DNA from: a bacterium | GTDB lineage: Bacteria > Bacteroidota > Bacteroidia > Bacteroidales > UBA932 | Reading direction: 5' to 3' | Length of the DNA stretch: 60,194 nt | Assembly: GCA_963619595.1 (NCBI GenBank) | Contig: CAVEYE010000042.1 | Coordinates: 1 to 60,194 of the forward strand | Part shown: in pieces, positions 38,238 to 47,549 of the stretch | Layout: each line of letters begins with the position of its first letter | Numbering within the stretch: the first letter of the stretch is position 1 | Notes under the pieces: generated by a model | The model's input: the letters and a program-made list of their open reading frames with translations, nothing else | Database searches by the model: none | Told to the model about the DNA's origin: nothing | Made by a program: the position numbers and the translations under genes

Positions 38238-39860
38238 TTACAGCTGCGCGAAAGCCTTCGGAATGGCGAAGGTCACTTTCAGCTTAGGTTTCCTTCCTTC
38301 CGCCGCCGGTCCGCGCAGGACGGCGTTGTAGTACCTGTCCTTGTCAAGTTCGGTGTCCGACGAGGTGGTCGTGGCGGAAGCCGAGGCGTACTGCGCCATC
38401 GAGGCGTAACTGTAGTAGTTGTTGTAGTAACTTCCGTAGCCGTAGCTGCTGTAGCCATAGTAGCTACCGTAGCCGCTGTAGAGCTGGTTGTAGTAAGACA
38501 TGTAGGCCAGCTGCTGGTAGTACTCCGCAAGTTCCTGGGCGTCGGAGTCGGTCGTGGTCGTGGTCTCGTACCACATGATGAGGAACCAGATGTCGTAGTT
38601 GGTCAGGTCAGTGCCGTCTTTCTTGCGGATGATCTGCTGGACGTGGTGGGTGATGTCCGGGGCGTAGTTGCACAGGGACCTGTTGATGTCGCCCTGGTTC
38701 TCGTCCGAGGCGCTCGCGTCGGTGAGGCCTGCGAATGTCACGGTGGTGTCCGTGGCAATCTTCACGGTCGGACTCAGCACCTTAGGATAGCGGAACATCG
38801 TGGTGTAGTCCTCCGGGAAGTCGAACGGAAGCTCTATGGTGGCCTTCGTGATCAGCGCGGTTGCAGGGTCGCCGCCCTTGCTGATGATCTCTTTGTTGAC
38901 TAGAGAGTGGATCTCGCTGGCAGGAATGACCGGCTTGATGCCGCTGCCTCCCTCGATGTAGATCTTGTCGGTCGCTTTGCCGATGAGACCGTCGGACTCG
39001 TGGCTGTCCACATTGAACACGTATTGCGAGGCCGTGGCGCTGGCGGAGTAGAGCGAGTCCAGATCCTGCATGTAGGATGGGCTGAAGTAGAACATCAGGC
39101 TTGAGTCCCTTCTTTCGCCGTCATATTCACCGCTGTAGTACAGCACCGCGTAGTTGTCGGTCCTGTTGAACGAACTGCCGCTTGTGGTCGAGGTCGTGCG
39201 CAGGATGTCCATCTCGTACATGTTGAACCTTCCGCCGTTGCCGCTCGGAGCGTCTGTGCAGAAGTAGATGCCCGGGAACTTCTTCGTGTAGGTTTCAAGG
39301 TCCTCAAGGTCTTCCTGGGTGATGTCAAGGTACTGCCTGCCGTAGTCCTCGGTGAACTCGAACACGAGCGAGTCCTTGCCGTTGGCCACCGGAACGCCTT
39401 TGGTGATTCTCTTGTCGCCGTGCTTGATGTCGGCTCTGAGGAAGTAGTCGTGCGAGTTGAGCGGCTCGGTGAGGGCGTAGACGTTGACGTTCTGCAGGAT
39501 GTCGGCCTGGCTCTCGTCCGCCACGGAGACTGAGTCGACCGCGGCCTTGAACTTGAACTTCTTGAAGACAGGGTTCTTGCCGAAATCCACAGTGTCCAGC
39601 ACAGGCACGAGCGTGACCACGCTGCCTCTGTTGAAAAGACCGAAGGTTTCGTCGCGGATCGCGCCGAAGTTGATTCTTCTTGATGAATATGCCGTCAGAC
39701 TGTCGATCGACTTGAGCAGAACCTCGTCGAGGTCGAATTCGGCCGAGTAAAAGTCATATTTCTGGTCGGTAGGGATGAAGTCGCCGCCGAGTTTCTCGTT
39801 AGTTCCGACGCAAGACACAAGGGCCGCCGCCAGAAGGATGACTGCTGTGAGTTTTCTCAT
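38238..39860 (-). CDS. DUF4270-like lipoprotein with Tyr-rich insertion
   Basis: Lipobox LVS-C, LGGDFIP, D..FG, FPGIYF, YIEGGSG, PKLKVTF; adjacent to the GT5 gene as is usual in Bacteroidota. Confidence 0.7.
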   Translation of the reverse strand: MRKLTAVILLAAALVSCVGTNEKLGGDFIPTDQKYDFYSAEFDLDEVLLKSIDSLTAYSSRRINFGAIRDETFGLFNRGSVVTLVPVLDTVDFGKNPVFKKFKFKAAVDSVSVADESQADILQNVNVYALTEPLNSHDYFLRADIKHGDKRITKGVPVANGKDSLVFEFTEDYGRQYLDITQEDLEDLETYTKKFPGIYFCTDAPSGNGGRFNMYEMDILRTTSTTSGSSFNRTDNYAVLYYSGEYDGERRDSSLMFYFSPSYMQDLDSLYSASATASQYVFNVDSHESDGLIGKATDKIYIEGGSGIKPVIPASEIHSLVNKEIISKGGDPATALITKATIELPFDFPEDYTTMFRYPKVLSPTVKIATDTTVTFAGLTDASASDENQGDINRSLCNYAPDITHHVQQIIRKKDGTDLTNYDIWFLIMWYETTTTTDSDAQELAEYYQQLAYMSYYNQLYSGYGSYYGYSSYGYGSYYNNYYSYASMAQYASASATTTSSDTELDKDRYYNAVLRGPAAEGRKPKLKVTFAIPKAFAQL

Positions 39861-40682
39861 TTACTGCAATTGTTGATAAAAACCGTCATATTCCTCGATG
39901 TAGCGCCCGTCATTGATTGATTCCTCGTTGAACGGAAGTGTCGGAATACCCTGGCTTTCACAGAATTCGTGGATTTCAGGAGCGACATCGCCGTCGCCGA
40001 AGATGACGCCGTCGGAATACATCGCGGCGGTTTTCGCAAGATTTATGCCAGTGGGGGAGTCCAGCGGGGCGATGTCCTCAGGCTTGATCCCGCCGAACAG
40101 GATGTTGTCTTTGAAGTTCTCCGGGAAGGTCTCGCCGGCGATCTCGTTGTAGAAAGAGGTGACGATCCTGCTTCCGCTGAAGATAGGGTCTCCGCTGTAC
40201 GCCTTCTTAAGGTAGAGCGGCACGAGGTGGGAGATCCAGCCCTGGCAGTGGATCACGTCAGGGATCCAGCGGAGTTTCTTCACCGTCTCCAGCACGCCGC
40301 GGGCGAAGAAGATGGCTCTCTGACCGTTGTCCTCGAAGAATTTCCCGTCAGGGTCGAAGGTGAGCTGCTTGCGGCGGAAATAGTCCTCGTTGTCAATGAA
40401 GTAGACCTGGATCCTGGCCGAAGAGATGGAGGCCACCTTGATGACCAGCGGTCTGTCCACGTCCCCGATGATGATGTTCATTCCGGAGAGGCGGATCACT
40501 TCGTGAAGCTGGTTCTTGCGCTCGTTGATGCAGCCGTAGCGCGGCATGAACGCCCGAATCTCCTTCTTGCGTTCCTGGATGCCTTGAGGCAGGTAACGTC
40601 CTATCTTGGAGATTCCGGTCTCCGGCAGGAACGGCATTATCTCCGAATTGACGAATAAAACTCTGTTGACGGGTCTTCCCAT
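39861..40682 (-). CDS. Glycogen/starch synthase N-terminal (GT5-like) domain protein
   Basis: RAFMPRYGCINERKNQLHEVIRLSGMN, VYFIDNEDYF, PDVIHCQGW. Confidence 0.88.
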   Translation of the reverse strand: MGRPVNRVLFVNSEIMPFLPETGISKIGRYLPQGIQERKKEIRAFMPRYGCINERKNQLHEVIRLSGMNIIIGDVDRPLVIKVASISSARIQVYFIDNEDYFRRKQLTFDPDGKFFEDNGQRAIFFARGVLETVKKLRWIPDVIHCQGWISHLVPLYLKKAYSGDPIFSGSRIVTSFYNEIAGETFPENFKDNILFGGIKPEDIAPLDSPTGINLAKTAAMYSDGVIFGDGDVAPEIHEFCESQGIPTLPFNEESINDGRYIEEYDGFYQQLQ

Positions 40683-40811
40683 ATAAATTACTGTCTTATA
40701 GTGATTTTTTCTTCCTTTATTTGGAGCGAAAATCAACTACAAAGGTAAGAAATTTTTTTCATATTTCGATATTTCACTATCTTTGAAACCAATTTGGTGT
40801 ATTGTGCTATT

Positions 40812-41690
40812 ATGGCTGCAGGAGAGAATAAATTGATGCGCCGCAGACTCGCGGGGGCCTGGCTTTCCACCGTCTTCAGCATCAGCCTTGTGCTGCTTCT
40901 CGTGGGAGTGGCCGCCATTCTGGTGGTCAACGCGAGGAGCGTCTCGGACTATTTCAAGGAGAACATGCAGATCTCGGTGCTGATGAAGCCCGAGGTCGAG
41001 GAGGCTGACGCTCTGGACTATGTCTCCTCTCTTGAGTCCCTGCCGTTCATCAAAGGCGCTGAATTCATCTCAAGGGAACAGGGAGTCAAGGAGATGGCCG
41101 ACCTGCTCGGCGATGACTTCCTTGAAGTGTTCCAGACAGCGCCTATCCCGGTCTCGGTCGACGTGACCCTGAAGGCCGGATATGTGGAGCCGGACAGCCT
41201 CGAGGTGGTGAGGAAGCGGTTCGAGGCTTCACCTCTCGTGGACGAGGTCGTCTACCAGCAGTCCCTTGTCGAGAAGCTCAACACCAATCTCAAGAAGATC
41301 TCGGCGGTGCTTGGAATATTCATATTCCTGCTCCTTTTCATCTCTTTCGTGCTGATCAACAACACGGTGCGTCTGAACGTCTTCTCGAAGAGGTTCACCA
41401 TCCACACGATGCGCATGGTCGGAGCAACGAAGGCCTTCATACGCGCGCCTTTCCTGGTGCAGGCTGTGTTCCAGGGCCTCTTTTCCGCCCTTCTCGCCAT
41501 CGTGATGCTTGTCGGCGCGCTCTTCATCGTGCGGAGCGAGTTCACCCAGCTTTTCGAGGTGTTCAGACTCGACCTCCTGCTCGCCGTGATGGGAGCGATG
41601 GTGCTGCTCGGAGTGGTCATCTGCGTCGTCAGCACGTTCTGCGTCGTCGGCCGCCTTGTCACTCTTTCGAAGGACGAACTCTATTGCTGA
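40812..41690 (+). CDS. ftsX: Cell division permease-like protein FtsX
   Basis: SISLVLLLVG, LINNTVRL..FSKRF.IHTM.MVGAT..FI..PF; TATCTTTG promoter at 40778-40785. Confidence 0.9.
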   Translation: MAAGENKLMRRRLAGAWLSTVFSISLVLLLVGVAAILVVNARSVSDYFKENMQISVLMKPEVEEADALDYVSSLESLPFIKGAEFISREQGVKEMADLLGDDFLEVFQTAPIPVSVDVTLKAGYVEPDSLEVVRKRFEASPLVDEVVYQQSLVEKLNTNLKKISAVLGIFIFLLLFISFVLINNTVRLNVFSKRFTIHTMRMVGATKAFIRAPFLVQAVFQGLFSALLAIVMLVGALFIVRSEFTQLFEVFRLDLLLAVMGAMVLLGVVICVVSTFCVVGRLVTLSKDELYC

Positions 41691-41700
41691 TTAAAATTTT

Positions 41701-41961
41701 ATGAATATGCCAGAAAACACAAAGATGTCAATCACGGCCAAAGGGCTGAGGCTCCTTCTTATGGGGCTGATAGTGATGGCCGCCGGCTTCATCCTGATGA
41801 TGGGCGGTGGTACCGTGGACCCTGAGAAATTCAACTGGTCGATGTTTGATTTCCGCCGTCTTGTGGCGGCTCCGCTGGTCATCATCTGCGGCATCGTGAT
41901 AATGATCGTGGCCATAATGCGCCGTCCCGCCTCCGGAGAGGACGACAATAAATCCGAATAG
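41701..41961 (+). CDS. DUF3098-like small membrane protein
   Basis: GFILMMGGG..FN..MFDFRR..AP; located between ftsX and uppP. Confidence 0.82.
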   Translation: MNMPENTKMSITAKGLRLLLMGLIVMAAGFILMMGGGTVDPEKFNWSMFDFRRLVAAPLVIICGIVIMIVAIMRRPASGEDDNKSE

Positions 41962-41964
41962 GCG

Positions 41965-42798
41965 ATGAGCTGGCTGCAAGCGCTCCTTCTCGGTCTGGTC
42001 CAGGGCCTGACCGAATTCCTTCCTGTCAGTTCCAGCGGACATCTTATGATTTTCCGCGACCTGCTGGGTGTCGACGGCGACGGATTCATGGACTTCACCG
42101 TGACCGTGCATCTGGCCACGGTGCTGAGTACCGTCATCGTGTTCTGGAAGCCGATCGCCCGCCTGCTGTCGGGTCTGTTCAAGTTCACCTACAACGACGA
42201 GACCGACTATGTCTTCAAGATAGTCGTCTCGATGGTGCCTATCGCCATCGTGGGGCTGCTGTTCAAGGACCAGGTGGAGGCTCTCTTCGGAGACAATCTT
42301 TTCACGGTGGCCGTCTGCCTTGTCATCACGGCCATCCTGCTCTTCCTTTCGGACCAGTCGGCCCGCAGGGTCCGGACCGCCCCGGGGGAAGGGACTTCTT
42401 CTTCCTCCGCCCGTAACGGAATATCCTACTGGCAGGCTCTCGCCGTGGGTCTGAGCCAGGCAGTGGCCGTGGCTCCGGGACTTTCCAGGTCCGGCACCAC
42501 GATAGCCACTGGTCTGCTGTGCGGGGTGAAGCGCGACGTGATGGCCCAGTTCTCCTTCCTTATGGTGCTCGTGCCGATCGTAGGCGAGCAGCTGCTCGAT
42601 GTACTCGAGATGTTCTCCGAGGCCGCTCCCGCCGGCGGAGGAGTCGGCGCCGTGAGCCTTGCTGTCGGATTCGCAGCCGCCTTCATCTCCGGACTTTTCG
42701 CCTGCAAGGTGATGGTCGGCATCGTGAAGAAGGCCAGACTCACCTGGTTCGCCCTCTACTGCCTTGTCGTAGCCCTTCTGCTGTTCATCTTCGCTTAG
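41965..42798 (+). CDS. uppP: Undecaprenyl-diphosphate phosphatase
   Basis: QGLTEFLPVSSSGHL, PGLSRSGTTI, FSFLM. Confidence 0.96.
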   Translation: MSWLQALLLGLVQGLTEFLPVSSSGHLMIFRDLLGVDGDGFMDFTVTVHLATVLSTVIVFWKPIARLLSGLFKFTYNDETDYVFKIVVSMVPIAIVGLLFKDQVEALFGDNLFTVAVCLVITAILLFLSDQSARRVRTAPGEGTSSSSARNGISYWQALAVGLSQAVAVAPGLSRSGTTIATGLLCGVKRDVMAQFSFLMVLVPIVGEQLLDVLEMFSEAAPAGGGVGAVSLAVGFAAAFISGLFACKVMVGIVKKARLTWFALYCLVVALLLFIFA

Positions 42799-42813
42799 CC
42801 GGAACCGCCCGCC

Positions 42814-43569
42814 ATGTCTGAAAGAACGCTTACGTATTTTGTGTCCGATGTCCACCTGGGGCTGGATGTGAACGATCCCGCCGACAGGGAGACCCGCTTC
42901 GTCCATTTCCTTGAGTCGATACCAAAGGACAGGACGAAGACCCTCTATATGCTCGGAGACATCTGGGATTTCTGGTATGAGTACCACGATGTCGTCCCGA
43001 AAGGCTACGTGCGTGTCTTCGCCGCTCTTATGGACCTGATGGACGCCGGGGTGGATGTCTGCTTCTTCCAGGGCAACCACGACATCTGGTGCTTCCACTA
43101 TTTCGAGGAGATGGGCATAAGGATCCTCCAGCAGCCTTATGTGACAGAGATAGGCGGCAAGGTCTTCTGCCTCGGCCACGGAGACGGTCTCGGCCCGGGC
43201 CACAAATGGTACAAACTTATGCGCTGGGGATTCCGCAACAGGTTCTTCCAAGGCCTGTTCAGCCTGCTCCACCCTTATCTTGCGTTCCGCTTCGGCAAAG
43301 GCTGGTCAAAGAAGAGCAGGGTGGCCAAGAGCGTTGAATATGTTTTCCGCGGCCCCGACGAGCCTTTGTACAAGTTCGCTGTGGATTTTTCTTCTGGACG
43401 GCACGTGGACTATTTCATATTCGGACATTTCCACGTCAGCGAGGACATGGCGCTCCCGACCGGGGCGCGGCTGCTGGTTCTGAAAGACTGGGTGAAGCCT
43501 CACTCGTCGAATTTTATCTCCTTCGACACGATGTCCGGATGCTTGGGCATCTCCCAGAAAATAGAGTAG
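42814..43569 (+). CDS. lpxH: UDP-2,3-diacylglucosamine diphosphatase (LpxH-like metallophosphoesterase)
   Basis: SDVHLG, LGDIWDFWYEY, GNHD, HGDG, FGHFH. Confidence 0.85.
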   Translation: MSERTLTYFVSDVHLGLDVNDPADRETRFVHFLESIPKDRTKTLYMLGDIWDFWYEYHDVVPKGYVRVFAALMDLMDAGVDVCFFQGNHDIWCFHYFEEMGIRILQQPYVTEIGGKVFCLGHGDGLGPGHKWYKLMRWGFRNRFFQGLFSLLHPYLAFRFGKGWSKKSRVAKSVEYVFRGPDEPLYKFAVDFSSGRHVDYFIFGHFHVSEDMALPTGARLLVLKDWVKPHSSNFISFDTMSGCLGISQKIE

Positions 43570-44207
43570 TAAAGGGCGTCGAACTCGCCTCTCTGCCATT
43601 TCTCGACAAGATATTCAGTCATCCTGTCCTCTCCCTTCGGGTCGTAGTGCGACTTCAGGTCCTGCCCGAAGACTTTGGCTATGCCTTGCCAGAAGCCGGC
43701 TGAGATCCCGCTTTTGTAGTCCTTGATCACCGAGTAGCCGGACTTGCCTATCTCCCTGTCCACCAGTTTGATGAGAAGCCGGCCTTGCGAGATGGTCATG
43801 CTCTTGAGCGGCTTCTCGTAGGCGTCGAGGAGTTCCTTCTGCAGACGGTTTACGTACTTCTCTTTCTTCCTTTTCCCGAGATTGTTGGTGGTGATGTGTC
43901 TCGCCGCCTGGCCTTCCATGTCCTTGGCAAGAAGGGCGTACGGGTAGACCTTGTTGAAGTTGTACACCAGCCGGTAGTACTTCTTCAGGTCCTTCCTGCG
44001 GCCTTTGTAGCCCTTCGGAAAGATCCAGGCAGGGTCGATGGTGTCGAAGTAGCAGGTGTCGCCCTTGACCACCCTGTAGCCGAGATAGCCTGCCCGCCCC
44101 TCATTCCGGGTCTGGGGAGGTACGTCGCAGACCGCTCCAGCCGTGAGGCAGGAGGCGCAGATGAGAACCGCCGCCGCGGCGGCGATGTATGATGCCTTCT
44201 TGGTCAT
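43500..44207 (-). CDS. DUF4294-like exported protein
   Basis: YYRLVYN..KVYPYA, SQGRLLIKLVDRE, AGFWQ..A..FG..LK..YDP. Confidence 0.82.
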   Translation of the reverse strand: MTKKASYIAAAAAVLICASCLTAGAVCDVPPQTRNEGRAGYLGYRVVKGDTCYFDTIDPAWIFPKGYKGRRKDLKKYYRLVYNFNKVYPYALLAKDMEGQAARHITTNNLGKRKKEKYVNRLQKELLDAYEKPLKSMTISQGRLLIKLVDREIGKSGYSVIKDYKSGISAGFWQGIAKVFGQDLKSHYDPKGEDRMTEYLVEKWQRGEFDALYYSIFWEMPKHPDIVSKEIKFDE

Positions 44208-44461
44208 GAATATTCAGAAATGCATCCAGGTCTTCGGGCGATCCGGGCTGCAAATATAAGAATAACCTGTGATTCCGCTATAAATTCCGTGCCATCCGCA
44301 GGTGGCCGTCCCTCGCTCCGGCGGTGCCTCCGGAAGGCCTCCGCAGCCCGTGTCAAAACCGTTGACAAGTTTTTTTTTCGCTTTTTTGTAATCATCTGAG
44401 AATGACGGATTTCATCTGCGGATTTTGCTGTCGAAAAAGTTGAAATTTTTCTTTGAATATG

Positions 44462-44491
44462 TTTGAAATCCACTTTTTTTTACTAAATTTG
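44462..44491 (+). promoter_or_regulatory. Promoter of the ribosomal protein operon starting at rplP
   Basis: TTTG 44462-44465, 18 bp, TAAATTTG 44484-44491, AT-rich upstream region. Confidence 0.75.
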
Positions 44492-44579
44492 CAGTCCCAA
44501 ATTCTAGGGTGTAATGGCGCAATGCGTTGATATTCAATAGATTTTGGAGAATTTGGAAATTTTTTAATGTAGTACAGCA

Positions 44580-44999
44580 ATGTTACAACCAAAGAAAACT
44601 AAGTTCAGAAGAGAACAGAAGAACGTGATGAAGGGTATGGCCCAGAGGGGCAACCAGCTCTCGTTCGGTTCCTTCGGCCTCAAGGCCCTCGAGAACTGCT
44701 GGATCACAGCGCAGCAGATAGAGTCCGCGCGTCAGGCCATCTCACGTTGCATGAACCGTGAGGGACAGATCTGGATCAAGATCTTCCCGGTCAAGCCTTT
44801 CACCAAGAAGCCTCTCGACACCCGTATGGGTAAGGGTAAAGGTGATCCTCAGGGCTTCGTAGCTCCTGTAACCCCGGGTCGTATCCTCTTCGAGGCTGAC
44901 GGCGTTTCACTCGCTGTAGCCAAGGAGGCTATGCGTCTTGCCGCCCACAAGCTCCCTATCGCCACGAAGTTCGTGGTCCGCAGAGACTATGTTGAATAA
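44580..44999 (+). CDS. rplP: 50S ribosomal protein L16
   Basis: [18 protein letters not shown]. Confidence 0.98.
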   Translation: MLQPKKTKFRREQKNVMKGMAQRGNQLSFGSFGLKALENCWITAQQIESARQAISRCMNREGQIWIKIFPVKPFTKKPLDTRMGKGKGDPQGFVAPVTPGRILFEADGVSLAVAKEAMRLAAHKLPIATKFVVRRDYVE

Positions 45000-45016
45000 T
45001 TTAATGGAGAAAGAAT

Positions 45017-45214
45017 ATGAAAGCATCTGAAGTTCGCGAGATGTCAATCGCAGATCTGCGTGACCGCATCCAGGTTGAAAAGAACAGGCTTGAGACGATG
45101 AAGCTCAACCACGCCATTTCTCCATTGGAGAACACATCGGAATTCAAGAAAGTCAGAAAGGATATCGCTCGTATGCTCACTATCCTCGCTGAGAAAGAAA
45201 ATGAACAGAAATAA
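45017..45214 (+). CDS. rpmC: 50S ribosomal protein L29
   Basis: [14 protein letters not shown]; synteny. Confidence 0.96.
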   Translation: MKASEVREMSIADLRDRIQVEKNRLETMKLNHAISPLENTSEFKKVRKDIARMLTILAEKENEQK

Positions 45215-45225
45215 TCATCAGTCTT

Positions 45226-45480
45226 ATGGAAAGAAATCTTCGTAAGGAAAGAATCGGCGTAGTGGTCAGCAACAAGATGGACAAGACCATCGTTGTCGCG
45301 GTCGAGACCAAGAAGGAGCATCCTCTCTACGGAAAGTTCATCAAGCAGACCACCAAGTTCGTCGCACAGGATGACAAGAACGAGTGCAGCGAGGGTGATA
45401 CAGTGCGCATTATGGAAACCCGTCCTCTCAGCAAGACCAAGAGGTGGAGATTAGTTGAAATCGTAGAAAAAGTTAAGTAG
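45226..45480 (+). CDS. rpsQ: 30S ribosomal protein S17
   Basis: [22 protein letters not shown]. Confidence 0.98.
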   Translation: MERNLRKERIGVVVSNKMDKTIVVAVETKKEHPLYGKFIKQTTKFVAQDDKNECSEGDTVRIMETRPLSKTKRWRLVEIVEKVK

Positions 45481-45481
45481 T

Positions 45482-45847
45482 ATGATACAGCAGGAAACAC
45501 GTTTACAGGTTGCCGACAACAGCGGTGCAAAGGAGGTCCTCTGCATCCGTGTGCTTGGCGGTACACATCGCAGATATGCGACAGTAGGCGACCAGATCGT
45601 TGTCGCGATCAAGAGCGCTCTCCCTGGCGGTGACGCCAAGAAGGGTACGGTCTCCAAGGCTGTCGTTGTCCGTACAAAGAAAGAAATCCGCAGGGCTGAC
45701 GGTTCTTACATCCGTTTCGATGACAACGCTTGCGTTCTTCTGAACAACGCCGGCGAGCTCCGCGGTACACGTATCTTCGGCCCGGTGGCCAGAGAGTTGC
45801 GTGAGAACTATATGAAAATTGTTTCACTTGCGCCGGAGGTCCTTTAA
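45482..45847 (+). CDS. rplN: 50S ribosomal protein L14
   Basis: [20 protein letters not shown]. Confidence 0.98.
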   Translation: MIQQETRLQVADNSGAKEVLCIRVLGGTHRRYATVGDQIVVAIKSALPGGDAKKGTVSKAVVVRTKKEIRRADGSYIRFDDNACVLLNNAGELRGTRIFGPVARELRENYMKIVSLAPEVL

Positions 45848-45859
45848 TCAATCAGAATC

Positions 45860-46177
45860 ATGAAAAAGTTACATATCAAGAAAGGTGACACCGTGTATGT
45901 GAACGCCGGTAACGACAAGGGCAAGACCGGAAAGGTCCTCACCGTAATCCCTTCAGAGGATCGCGTTATCGTCGAGGGTGTCAACGTTGTCAGCAAGCAC
46001 ACGAAGCCGAACGCCAAGCAGCCACAGGGTGGCATCGTAAAGCAGGAGGCCGCTATCCACGTTTCGAACGTGCAGCTCATCGACCCGGTGCAGAACAAGC
46101 CTACAAGGGTTGGTTACAAGTTCGTGGACGACAAGAAAGTCCGCTACGCTAAGAAATCAGGAGAGGAGATTAAGTAA
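45860..46177 (+). CDS. rplX: 50S ribosomal protein L24
   Basis: IKKGDTV..GNDKGK KOW motif, EAAIHVSNV. Confidence 0.98.
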   Translation: MKKLHIKKGDTVYVNAGNDKGKTGKVLTVIPSEDRVIVEGVNVVSKHTKPNAKQPQGGIVKQEAAIHVSNVQLIDPVQNKPTRVGYKFVDDKKVRYAKKSGEEIK

Positions 46178-46179
46178 CT

Positions 46180-46782
46180 ATGGCAAAGAAAGCTACAAAC
46201 AAACCAGAGGCGGCGCAGGCGCTTCCTACGGGATATGTACCTTCTCTCAAGAAGGTCTACAAGGAGGAGATTGTTGAGAAGCTGATGAAGCAGTTCTCCT
46301 ACAGCTCTGTTATGCAGGTTCCTAAGCTCGTCAAGATCACCATCAACGAAGGTATCGGCGAGGCTACCCAGGACAAGAAGCTCGTTGAGGAGGCTGCCGC
46401 CGAACTCAGCAAGATCGTAGGCCAGAAGGCTCTTCTCACCGCTTCAAAGAAGGACGTTTCCAACTTCCGTCTCCGTAAGGGTATGCCTATCGGCGTGAAA
46501 GTCACCCTCCGCGACGTGAAGATGTACGAGTTCCTCGAGAGGCTCATCCGCATCTCCCTCCCTCGAATCAGAGACTTCAACGGCATCGCCGAGAAGATGG
46601 ACGGTAGCGGAAACTACACCCTTGGACTCAAGGAGCAGATCATTTTCCCTGAGGTCGACATCGACAAGAACCCGAGGATCCACGGAATGGAGATCACATT
46701 CGTCACCACAGCGAAGACCGACGAAGAGGCTCACGCTCTCCTCGCCGCGTTCGGACTGCCATTTAAGAAACATAATAACTAA
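46180..46782 (+). CDS. rplE: 50S ribosomal protein L5
   Basis: [29 protein letters not shown]. Confidence 0.98.
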   Translation: MAKKATNKPEAAQALPTGYVPSLKKVYKEEIVEKLMKQFSYSSVMQVPKLVKITINEGIGEATQDKKLVEEAAAELSKIVGQKALLTASKKDVSNFRLRKGMPIGVKVTLRDVKMYEFLERLIRISLPRIRDFNGIAEKMDGSGNYTLGLKEQIIFPEVDIDKNPRIHGMEITFVTTAKTDEEAHALLAAFGLPFKKHNN

Positions 46783-46787
46783 GGAAT

Positions 46788-47057
46788 ATGGCAAAAGAAT
46801 CAATGAAAGCCCGCGAGGTAAAGCGCGCGAAACTGGTTGCCAAGTATGCCGCCAAAAGGGCTGCGCTCAAGGAAGCCGGCGATTGGGCCGCTCTTGACAA
46901 GCTCCCTAAGAACGCTTCTCCTGTACGTCTGCACAACCGCTGCTCTCTTACAGGCCGTCCAAAGGGCTATATGAGAGCGTTCGGTCTCAGCAGAATCCAG
47001 TTCCGTGAGATGGCCAGCAACGGTCTTATCCCAGGTGTGAAGAAAGCAAGCTGGTAA
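46788..47057 (+). CDS. rpsN: 30S ribosomal protein S14 (89 aa, non-zinc type)
   Basis: [23 protein letters not shown]. Confidence 0.98.
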   Translation: MAKESMKAREVKRAKLVAKYAAKRAALKEAGDWAALDKLPKNASPVRLHNRCSLTGRPKGYMRAFGLSRIQFREMASNGLIPGVKKASW

Positions 47058-47136
47058 CAGCGTATAACATTTATAATTAACAATCGGATATCGGGCACCC
47101 CGCAAAGGTGTCGATCTAACAAAAATCAAAAAAACA

Positions 47137-47532
47137 ATGACTGATCCAATTGCAGATTATCTTACAAGAATCCGTAACGCCTATCTGGCAGGAAAGAAGA
47201 TTGTAGAGATTCCGTCCTCCAAGATGAAGGTGGCGATCACGGAGATTCTTTGTGAGAAGGGTTACATCCTCAGCTACAAGATCGTTGAGGGTACTCCTTA
47301 CAACACCATCAAGATCGCTCTGAAGTACCATCCTCAGACCAAGATGGCCGCCATCAAGGCTATCAAGCGCGTCTCTACTCCTGGTATGAGAGTTTACTCG
47401 GATGTGGAGAACATGCCTCGCGTCCTCAACGGACTCGGCATCGCCATCCTCTCCACCTCGAAGGGAGTCATCACCGACAAAGAGGCCAAGAACCTGAACG
47501 TCGGCGGTGAGGTTATTTGCTATGTTTATTAA
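47137..47532 (+). CDS. rpsH: 30S ribosomal protein S8
   Basis: MTDPIADYLTRIRNA, GLGIAILSTSKG. Confidence 0.98.
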   Translation: MTDPIADYLTRIRNAYLAGKKIVEIPSSKMKVAITEILCEKGYILSYKIVEGTPYNTIKIALKYHPQTKMAAIKAIKRVSTPGMRVYSDVENMPRVLNGLGIAILSTSKGVITDKEAKNLNVGGEVICYVY

Positions 47533-47549
47533 TATTAAAGTAAAGAATA

